Source: Syntrophomonas sp. (GTDB taxonomy: Bacteria; Bacillota; Syntrophomonadia; Syntrophomonadales; Syntrophomonadaceae). From it: DNA of 54,086 bases. The notes beneath the pieces are model-generated. The model saw only the letters and a list, made by a program, of their open reading frames with translations. It did no database searches and was not told where the DNA came from. The DNA lies in the NCBI GenBank assembly GCA_039679805.1, contig JBDKUD010000215.1:1-54086 (forward strand), read 5' to 3'. Made by a program: the position numbers and the translations under genes. This document shows, one piece after another, positions 46,215-53,052 of the stretch (its first letter is position 1; each line of letters begins with the position of its first letter).

Positions 46215-46245
46215 GGCGAAGTGCTTTGTGCAGTTCGCCTTTTTT
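46215..46245 (+). terminator. Intrinsic terminator (expression platform of copy E)
   Basis: GGCGAAGTG / CAGTTCGCC stem (one mismatch) followed by TTTTTT. It is nearly identical to the copy A terminator. Confidence 0.75.
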
Positions 46246-46364
46246 ATCGGCTCGCGGGAAATGTTTCATTATTATATAAGCGTCAATAAGATGATTAGTT
46301 AATATCTTTAAATTTGCTCCATATATCACAAAAACTGATGAATTAATTTCAAGGGGGTTATATA

Positions 46365-47138
46365 ATGATAAATGGGATTAGGGGAAAGAGACCATTAATA
46401 TTAGTCTTATTGGCTGTATTATGCTGCATGTTTATAGCCCTGCCGGTATTTGCCGCTGAAGGTGATGGAAGCGGAGGAGGCAGGGATGTACCTCTTGCTC
46501 TGGCTTCATCCAGTCTGGCTAATGGACAGAGCAATGTCCCGGTTATGGCCAATATTAATCTTGCTTTTAACAAGAATGTAGTTAACCTGGCAGTCAAAGA
46601 TAATAATATGAAATGTTTCAGCCTTTCCGGTAATGGCATTAGTGTCCCCATTCAGGTGATTATGCCGGATGATCAGGTTGATTTCGAACATCGCCGGAAT
46701 ATTGATATTGATCCTTTGCAGGATCTGAAACCAGGTACTCTTTATAAATTAGTAATTTCAGGTCAGCTCCAGGCCAAAAACGGAATGAGCTTGGGTACTC
46801 CTGTGTCTGTCAGCTTTACAACTGCAGGTGCTGCCAATGTAAATCAAAACACCAGCACCGGACCAAATACCGGCAGCATTAAGTCCGGCTCTGCTCAAAC
46901 AACACAGCCAACAACATCAGCTGAAAAGGTAACAACTGAGAAAGCTGCCAAAGAAAATACCAAGGCAGCTGCAGAGAATACTAAAGCAAAAGCAGCAAAA
47001 GCAAAAACAAAATCTGCAGCAAAAACTAAAAGTGAAGAAAAGGAAACTAAATCGACCAGTACTAAAGGCATTGCTGCTGCAGCAGGACTGATAATAGCAG
47101 CTGGAGTATATGGGTATTATAGATTCAGTTATAAATAA
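46365..47138 (+). CDS. Small secreted Big_5 (SbsA-Ig-like) domain protein with Lys/Ala/Thr-rich spacer and C-terminal TM anchor
   Basis: RBS AAGGGGG and a signal peptide, then EGDGSGGGR, then SSSLANGQSNVPVMANINLAFNKNVV. C-terminal helix GIAAAAGLIIAAGVYGYY. Confidence 0.85.
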   Translation: MINGIRGKRPLILVLLAVLCCMFIALPVFAAEGDGSGGGRDVPLALASSSLANGQSNVPVMANINLAFNKNVVNLAVKDNNMKCFSLSGNGISVPIQVIMPDDQVDFEHRRNIDIDPLQDLKPGTLYKLVISGQLQAKNGMSLGTPVSVSFTTAGAANVNQNTSTGPNTGSIKSGSAQTTQPTTSAEKVTTEKAAKENTKAAAENTKAKAAKAKTKSAAKTKSEEKETKSTSTKGIAAAAGLIIAAGVYGYYRFSYK

Positions 47139-47231
47139 AATCTTTATGGGGGCTGTAAGAATCAAAAGCCTTACAGTCCCGGCTTACCAAAAGCCAATCA
47201 AAAATCACCACAAATAGTTAAAGCTTAGGAG

Positions 47232-48245
47232 TTGAAGACAACGAAGAAAAAACTAATATATTCATTTTTAGCACTCGGACCCCTGGCTTTTATATTTATT
47301 ACCTTATTCGTAGGCAGATATCCAATCTCTATACCAACGGTGGCCAAAATATTGTGGTGTAAAATAACTTTGACACCATGTAATATTCCGGAGATGTACC
47401 AAACTATAGTTTGGGATATTCGTTTGCCCAGGGCTATACTTGGTGCCCTGGTAGGCGGCTGCCTGGCTATCAGCGGCGCTTCATTTCAGGGATTGTTCCG
47501 CAATCCCCTGGTAAGTTCAGGTATTCTGGGTGTAACTTCCGGTGCCGGATTTGGTGCGGCGCTGGCAATTATTCTTTTCAAGACAACTGCACCGATTTAC
47601 ATATCCGCCTTTCTTTTTGGCGGTCTGGCGGTTTTATTCAGCTTTTTAATAGGAAAGGTTTATAACACAACACCGACTATAATGCTGGTTCTGGGTGGTA
47701 CTATTGTATCATCGGTGTTCTCAGCCTTAATTTCATTTACCAAATATGTGGCTGATCCAACTAATGAACTGCCGGCAATAGTTTTTTGGCTGATGGGCAG
47801 CCTGGCTTCAGCCCGGTATCGTGACATCATGATAGCTGGCATACCTATGGTAATAGGGATAGCCGGCCTGCTGGCAGTGAGATGGCGGATCAATGTCCTT
47901 TCCATGGGCGATAAGGAAGCTCATTCTTTAGGGATTAATACTAAATTAAATAAAGGAATAGTAATAGTTTGTGCTACATTGGCTTCAGCCGGAGCCGTAT
48001 GTGTAAGCGGAATTATTGGCTGGGTCGGATTAGTTATTCCTCACATCGGACGTATGCTGGTAGGCAATGACAACCGCATACTGATACCGGCCAGTCTCTC
48101 CCTGGGGGCCTGCTTTCTTATTTTGGTCGATAATCTCAGCAGGATGTTAACCGGATCAGAAATACCGTTGGGTATTCTCACCGCACTGGTTGGCGGCCCC
48201 TTCTTTGTATATTTGTTAAAGCGGACCAAAGGAGGAGGGTGGTAG
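47232..48245 (+). CDS. FecCD/BtuC-family ABC transporter permease
   Basis: TTG start after TAGGAG; 337 aa and polytopic. RLPR...GA.LA.SG...Q...RNPL..P..LG motif and C-terminal GGPFF.YLL. Confidence 0.85.
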   Translation: MKTTKKKLIYSFLALGPLAFIFITLFVGRYPISIPTVAKILWCKITLTPCNIPEMYQTIVWDIRLPRAILGALVGGCLAISGASFQGLFRNPLVSSGILGVTSGAGFGAALAIILFKTTAPIYISAFLFGGLAVLFSFLIGKVYNTTPTIMLVLGGTIVSSVFSALISFTKYVADPTNELPAIVFWLMGSLASARYRDIMIAGIPMVIGIAGLLAVRWRINVLSMGDKEAHSLGINTKLNKGIVIVCATLASAGAVCVSGIIGWVGLVIPHIGRMLVGNDNRILIPASLSLGACFLILVDNLSRMLTGSEIPLGILTALVGGPFFVYLLKRTKGGGW

Positions 48246-48248
48246 ATT

Positions 48249-49106
48249 ATGCCTTTAATAGAAGCTAAGAATATATCCTTTGGTTATGATGAGCACGATG
48301 TATTTCAGGATATTAATTTCCGGGTAAAAAAGGGTGAGATTTTTTTCCTGTTAGGCCCGAACGGCTGTGGAAAAACAACTCTTCTTGATTGTGTGCTGGG
48401 ATTATTAAAGCCCAGAAACGGAAATATATTAGTAAACGGTACCAATATTAACGATATTCGTCCTGAAGCCATAGCCAAACAAATAGCTTATGTACCCCAG
48501 AGTCACGAAAAAACATTTCCTTATAAAGTTATAGATATAGTACTGATGGGACGGGCTTCATATATAGGATTGTTTAATTCCCCATCAGACGAGGATATGT
48601 CTATAGCCGAAGAAGCTTTAAAAATGGTGGGAATCAGCAGGTTAAAAGACAGACGTTATACACAGTTAAGCGGTGGTGAAGGGCAGCTGGTGATGATTGC
48701 CAGGGCCCTGGCACAGAAAACACCCTTGGTTGTTATGGACGAACCAACTGCTCATCTGGATTTTAAACATGAGCTGGTTATTATGGAAACAATAGTTCAA
48801 CTGGTTAAGGAAACAGGATTGGCTATACTTATGGCTACCCATTTTCCCAATCACGCTTTTTACTTCGAAAACAATGATATTGCTACCCGGGTGGCTATGA
48901 TGAGCCAGGGCAATTTTATAGCGGTGGGGCGTGCTTCCGAAGTTCTGTCGGAGAAAAATCTGAAATTACTCTACAATATTAATGCCCGGGTGGTGTCATA
49001 TGCTATTGACGAAGAACGGGAGCTTAAGCAAGTTATTCCCATCAGCACTGCAGCATCGGCTGAATCTATTGATATGAGAGAAGGTACATATAATGAAGCA
49101 AAATAA
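48249..49106 (+). CDS. ABC transporter ATP-binding protein (FepC/BtuD-like)
   Basis: Walker A GPNGCGKTT, signature LSGGEGQ, Walker B LVVMDEPT. Confidence 0.9.
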   Translation: MPLIEAKNISFGYDEHDVFQDINFRVKKGEIFFLLGPNGCGKTTLLDCVLGLLKPRNGNILVNGTNINDIRPEAIAKQIAYVPQSHEKTFPYKVIDIVLMGRASYIGLFNSPSDEDMSIAEEALKMVGISRLKDRRYTQLSGGEGQLVMIARALAQKTPLVVMDEPTAHLDFKHELVIMETIVQLVKETGLAILMATHFPNHAFYFENNDIATRVAMMSQGNFIAVGRASEVLSEKNLKLLYNINARVVSYAIDEERELKQVIPISTAASAESIDMREGTYNEAK

Positions 49107-50187
49107 AAACCATTATAGCTGGTTTATAATCTTATGCCTGATATTTACCCTGCTCTTGGCAGGCGGATGTACAAGCAAACAAATCGGAGAATCACAATCT
49201 GCCGCCAATACCAGAACAATAACTGATTGTGCCGGCAGACAGGTAAAAATTCCGGTTAAAATAAACCGGATTGCTTGTTTGTGTCCGGAATCAGGATATA
49301 CCCTGGCGATGTTTGGAAAAGGGGATAAAATAGTAGCTGTAGTAGGCGGATTAAAGAGAGATGTTATTTTTACCAATATGTATCCGCAAGTAAAAAATTT
49401 ACCGGTACCCAAAACCAGTGCTTCAATTAACATTGAAGAATTGGTACGAAGCAATCCGGATATTGTATTTGTAAAAGAGGATACTATGCGCAGTGAAGCT
49501 GAAGTACAAAAATTAAATATGAGTCACATACCGTTTTTGGTGGTGACATATAACAATATAGAACAACAGCAATTTGCTGTTGATATGATCGGCAAAGTTG
49601 TTGGGAGCGAGAATAAAGCTAAAGTATATCGGGCCTATTACAAGAAACTGGTCGATTTGGTTCAGTCGCGGGTGGCAGACATTCCTATGAAGGATCGGGT
49701 CAGGATATATCATTCTATCAGTGAAGCTACCAGGACTGATGCCAAGGGGACCCTGGCAGCTGATTGGACCAATATAGCCGGAGCCAATAACGTTTCCGTA
49801 ACTGCAAATTTAAAACAAGTAGAGGGTAATTATTTTGCCAGTCTGGAACAGATTCTCTTGTGGGATCCGGATTATATATTTGTTAATGATCCCATAGTAG
49901 TTAAATATATAATGGGTAATAATCAATGGTCATCGCTCAAGGCTGTAAAAAACAAGAGGGTTTTGCCTTTGCCTGACGGTATTTCCCGCTGGGGTCATCC
50001 TTCTTCACCGGAGACTCCGCTGGCCATTCTCTGGACAGCCAAAACCTTATATCCCGATAAATTTAAGGATGTTGATATGGCAGCCGAGATAAAATACTTC
50101 TATAAAGAATTCTTTGGTTATCAGCTATCAGACGTGGATGTGCAGAAGATATTAAGTGGTGTTGGAATGAGAGAGTTATTAAAATAA
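49093..50187 (+). CDS. Periplasmic-binding-protein (BtuF/FhuD class, PF01497-like) substrate-binding probable lipoprotein
   Basis: Overlaps the ATPase gene by 14 nt. The N-terminal hydrophobic segment ends in LLAGGC. Size and position are typical of cluster-A binding proteins paired with FecCD permeases. Confidence 0.75.
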   Translation: MKQNKNHYSWFIILCLIFTLLLAGGCTSKQIGESQSAANTRTITDCAGRQVKIPVKINRIACLCPESGYTLAMFGKGDKIVAVVGGLKRDVIFTNMYPQVKNLPVPKTSASINIEELVRSNPDIVFVKEDTMRSEAEVQKLNMSHIPFLVVTYNNIEQQQFAVDMIGKVVGSENKAKVYRAYYKKLVDLVQSRVADIPMKDRVRIYHSISEATRTDAKGTLAADWTNIAGANNVSVTANLKQVEGNYFASLEQILLWDPDYIFVNDPIVVKYIMGNNQWSSLKAVKNKRVLPLPDGISRWGHPSSPETPLAILWTAKTLYPDKFKDVDMAAEIKYFYKEFFGYQLSDVDVQKILSGVGMRELLK

Positions 50188-50227
50188 ACATGTTGCCAAC
50201 AATACTATTAGATTGGGAGGTTAATTG

Positions 50228-50956
50228 GTGAAAATATATGTCGCTATAGATGATACAGATAGTTTGGAAGTTGGAGCAACCGGACAATCCGCCAACGAAT
50301 TGCGAAAACTTATTAAAGATAAAGGCTGGGGTACAACAGAGCCGGTTACCAGGCACCAGTTGCTGCTGCATCCGGATGTACCATATACTTCTCACAACAG
50401 TTCCATGTGCTTCATCGCTGATATGGAGGAGGGCAGTTTGGAGGAATTTATTAATTGTGCAGCCGACTTTCTAAAAACAACGAGTGCCCCAGGCTCAGAC
50501 CCCGGACTTTGTGTGGCGGATTATGAATGCATAAAAAACATAGATAAACTGATGAATTTTGGATTTAAGGCTAAAGAGGAAGTATTAAGTAAGGAACAAG
50601 CTTATAAAACCGCGGAAGACTGTGGTGTTCATCTTTCTGAACACGGTGGGACCGGGCAGGGTATCATTGGTGCACTGGCAGCTATTGCACTTCGGATGAC
50701 AGGCAACGATGGAAGATTTCAGGGCCGAACTCAACTGAAAGACATCGGGGAAAGTATGCAAGTAAAGGAAATAATCTCAACTACGGAGATAGAGGAAGTG
50801 CAATCGATAGACGGGCAGGTGCTGACTGACAATGAGATACTTATTATAGGAGATAAAATAAAAACAGTTCTGCTTGATGGCAAAAGAAAACTCCTGGTGC
50901 ACCGTGAAGAAGACAGTTGGCATACCTGTAATAATAAACATCTGAAAAAATATTAG
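50228..50956 (+). CDS. Uncharacterised enzyme-like protein, paralogue 1 of 3 (possible TiaS N-terminal kinase-domain-like fold)
   Basis: I chose GTG 50228 (7 nt after GGGAGG), which gives MKIYVAIDDTDS like its paralogues. Motifs HQLLLHPDVPYTSHNSSMCF, SDPGLCV and HGGTGQGIIGALAA. Confidence 0.7.
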   Translation: MKIYVAIDDTDSLEVGATGQSANELRKLIKDKGWGTTEPVTRHQLLLHPDVPYTSHNSSMCFIADMEEGSLEEFINCAADFLKTTSAPGSDPGLCVADYECIKNIDKLMNFGFKAKEEVLSKEQAYKTAEDCGVHLSEHGGTGQGIIGALAAIALRMTGNDGRFQGRTQLKDIGESMQVKEIISTTEIEEVQSIDGQVLTDNEILIIGDKIKTVLLDGKRKLLVHREEDSWHTCNNKHLKKY

Positions 50957-51025
50957 GTGAGTAGCTAAGAATATTAGATCATAAACGATAGCAGCCACAA
51001 GGATACTATTAGGAGGTAACTGATC

Positions 51026-51766
51026 ATGAAAATATATGTTGCTATTGATGACTCCCGACAGCTTGACGGGGGTAAGGCAGGTGTAACTGCTTCTTCATTA
51101 ACCAAAGCCATAGAAGATAACGGATGGGGGACATGTACAATTCCAAGTCGGCATCGGCTATACCCAAATCCTGTTACCGGCTGTAAAAAACACAACACTG
51201 CACGTAGTTTTTCTGCAGAAATAAATGAAGAAAATCTGAGTGAATTTATTGACTATGCCTGTAATATGATAAAAACAATTGTGACTCCTGATTCCAATAC
51301 CGGGTTGGCTATTGCTGTCCCTGAACAAATGGAAAATACTGATGAGCTAATTGAATATGCGTATAAAGCCAAAGAAGAATTGGTGAGTAAGGATGAAGCT
51401 TTTGAATTGGCTAAAAAACCAGGTATATATTTATTTGAATTAAGCGGCAGCGGGCAGGGTATAATCGGTGCACTGGCTGGAGCCGGGCTTAATATGACGG
51501 GAAACGATGGGCAATTCAGAGGCAAACTGGAATTAAGTAAAGAGGAATACTATATTGCTACCGTAAAGGAAATTATAGAGAAAACATATGTTGAGCAAGT
51601 AAAAAATATGGATTTCGAAAATTTAAGTGATGATGAATATGTCCGCATGGGTGAGAAGGTAAAGGTAGTAAAGCTTGATGACAAATACACGTTGTTGGTC
51701 TTTCCAACTGAAATAGAATACCCGAAATGGCAAACGAGTACTACTCATATGCTTAGAATTTTTTAA
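51026..51766 (+). CDS. Uncharacterised protein, paralogue 2 of 3 (motif-degenerate copy)
   Basis: MKIYVAIDDSRQ..., HRLYPNPVTGCKKHNTARSF, and SGSGQGIIGALAGAGL retained. RBS AGGAGG. Confidence 0.7.
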   Translation: MKIYVAIDDSRQLDGGKAGVTASSLTKAIEDNGWGTCTIPSRHRLYPNPVTGCKKHNTARSFSAEINEENLSEFIDYACNMIKTIVTPDSNTGLAIAVPEQMENTDELIEYAYKAKEELVSKDEAFELAKKPGIYLFELSGSGQGIIGALAGAGLNMTGNDGQFRGKLELSKEEYYIATVKEIIEKTYVEQVKNMDFENLSDDEYVRMGEKVKVVKLDDKYTLLVFPTEIEYPKWQTSTTHMLRIF

Positions 51767-51812
51767 TCAAGATGTGGCAGGTCAATTAAGGCCATATACG
51801 AGGAGGGTAATA

Positions 51813-52574
51813 ATGAAAATTCTTGTTTCCATTGATGATACAGATACTATTAAAACGGATGGTATTGATGTTATAGGCACAGGGGAACTGGCGGGTATGA
51901 TAGCAGAGGCCATAGAAAGAAACAAATGGGGCCGGTGTGCACCGATTACCCGGCACCAGTTGCTTATACACCCGGATATACCATATACATCTCACAATAG
52001 TTCGATGTGCTTCGAAGCAGACATCGACACTATTTTTTTGAATCAGCTGATTGATTTTGCAGCTGATTTTTTAACTTGTGAAAGCACACCCGATTCAGAC
52101 CCGGGACTATGTGTCGCGGTTACTGATCGTATAAGCCGGCCGGGCTGGCTTATTGCTTTTGGTTATATGGCAAAAAATTATATAATGACCAAACAGGATG
52201 CTTATGACATGGCCAAAAGATTAAACATTCACCTTTCAGAACATGGCGGAACCGGTCAGGGAGTTATTGGTGCACTGGCGGGAGCAGGATTACGCCTTAG
52301 CGGGAATGACGGGCGATTTAAAGGAAAAATGAAGATTAAAGCAAAAGATAATATCATATCGGTAGCTGGTATTCGCTCGCAGGGAAAGGTGGATATGGTA
52401 AAGTGCCTGGAAGAGGGAATAATACTGCAGGATAATGATATGATTACTCTGGGCGATTCTGTTAAAACAGTATTACTATACGGAAAAGCAGTCTTGCCAG
52501 TTTACCCGATAAAAGAAGAGGAAAATCAGGTCCGTTGGCAAACTTATTCAAAGAAGCAATTAAAAGATTTCTAA
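51813..52574 (+). CDS. Uncharacterised enzyme-like protein, paralogue 3 of 3
   Basis: I chose ATG 51813 (RBS GAGGAGGG) over the ORF-track GTG 51774. MKILVSIDDTDT, HQLLIHPDIPYTSHNSSMCF, SDPGLCV, HGGTGQGVIGALAGAGL. Confidence 0.7.
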   Translation: MKILVSIDDTDTIKTDGIDVIGTGELAGMIAEAIERNKWGRCAPITRHQLLIHPDIPYTSHNSSMCFEADIDTIFLNQLIDFAADFLTCESTPDSDPGLCVAVTDRISRPGWLIAFGYMAKNYIMTKQDAYDMAKRLNIHLSEHGGTGQGVIGALAGAGLRLSGNDGRFKGKMKIKAKDNIISVAGIRSQGKVDMVKCLEEGIILQDNDMITLGDSVKTVLLYGKAVLPVYPIKEEENQVRWQTYSKKQLKDF

Positions 52575-52608
52575 TTTGTTAAAGCAAACTCGAGGAGATG
52601 ATAGGCAA

Positions 52609-52809
52609 ATGTGGCGTATTAACGATAAAGGAAAGCATGAGTTCTCGGGCGGGAAGGAAGATTGGAATAATGCTGCTCAGATAGCGGAAAGCTGTTCTGA
52701 ATTTAAACCTGATGATGAGGATGAAATGGTGGCTGATGAACCAGTTTCCTGCTATAACTGCCAGTACCGGCGTTGGACAGTTGAATCTTTTGTATGTTAT
52801 AAGAAATAG
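52609..52809 (+). CDS. Small acidic Cys-containing hypothetical protein (66 aa)
   Basis: ATG 52609 downstream of GAGGAG. CSEF...CYNC...C spacing suggests a possible small metal-binding or zinc-ribbon-like protein. I recognised no family. Confidence 0.4.
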   Translation: MWRINDKGKHEFSGGKEDWNNAAQIAESCSEFKPDDEDEMVADEPVSCYNCQYRRWTVESFVCYKK

Positions 52810-52976
52810 GCATTACGAAAAAGGTTGACAGTTGAATCAATAACAGATTAACATTGAATACAGGTAGAATGGTTGAGGCGGTAGGAACATGTAGCCGACA
52901 GTTTACCGATAACAGCTTTATTTTTAGTTGCAGTACGGTAGCAGGGATTATTTCTAAGGTTTGTATTTGTAATTCT

Positions 52977-53006
52977 GGCTCCCGGTCCGGGAGCCTTTTT
53001 AGTTTT
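52977..53006 (+). terminator. Intrinsic terminator inside the leader of the downstream ABC binding-protein gene
   Basis: GGCTCCC-GGTCC-GGGAGCC followed by TTTTTAGTTTT, 47 nt upstream of the TTG start at 53053. Confidence 0.75.
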
Positions 53007-53052
53007 CTGTTCCGCCTTACTACCAAAAAATCAAAACTGGGAGGTAGAGAAT

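Noticed and set aside
46102-46245. A cobalamin riboswitch upstream of the BtuCDF-class transporter.
   Set aside because: There is no B12-box-like sequence, and no GCCACTG or GGTGAAAATCC-type blocks. The element is a close paralogue of copy A.
47152-47175. The stem-loop CTGTAAG...CTTACAG between the Big_5 anchor gene and the ABC permease, considered as a terminator.
   Set aside because: No T-tract follows. It is more likely an intercistronic stabiliser or processing hairpin, and I cannot support it as a terminator.
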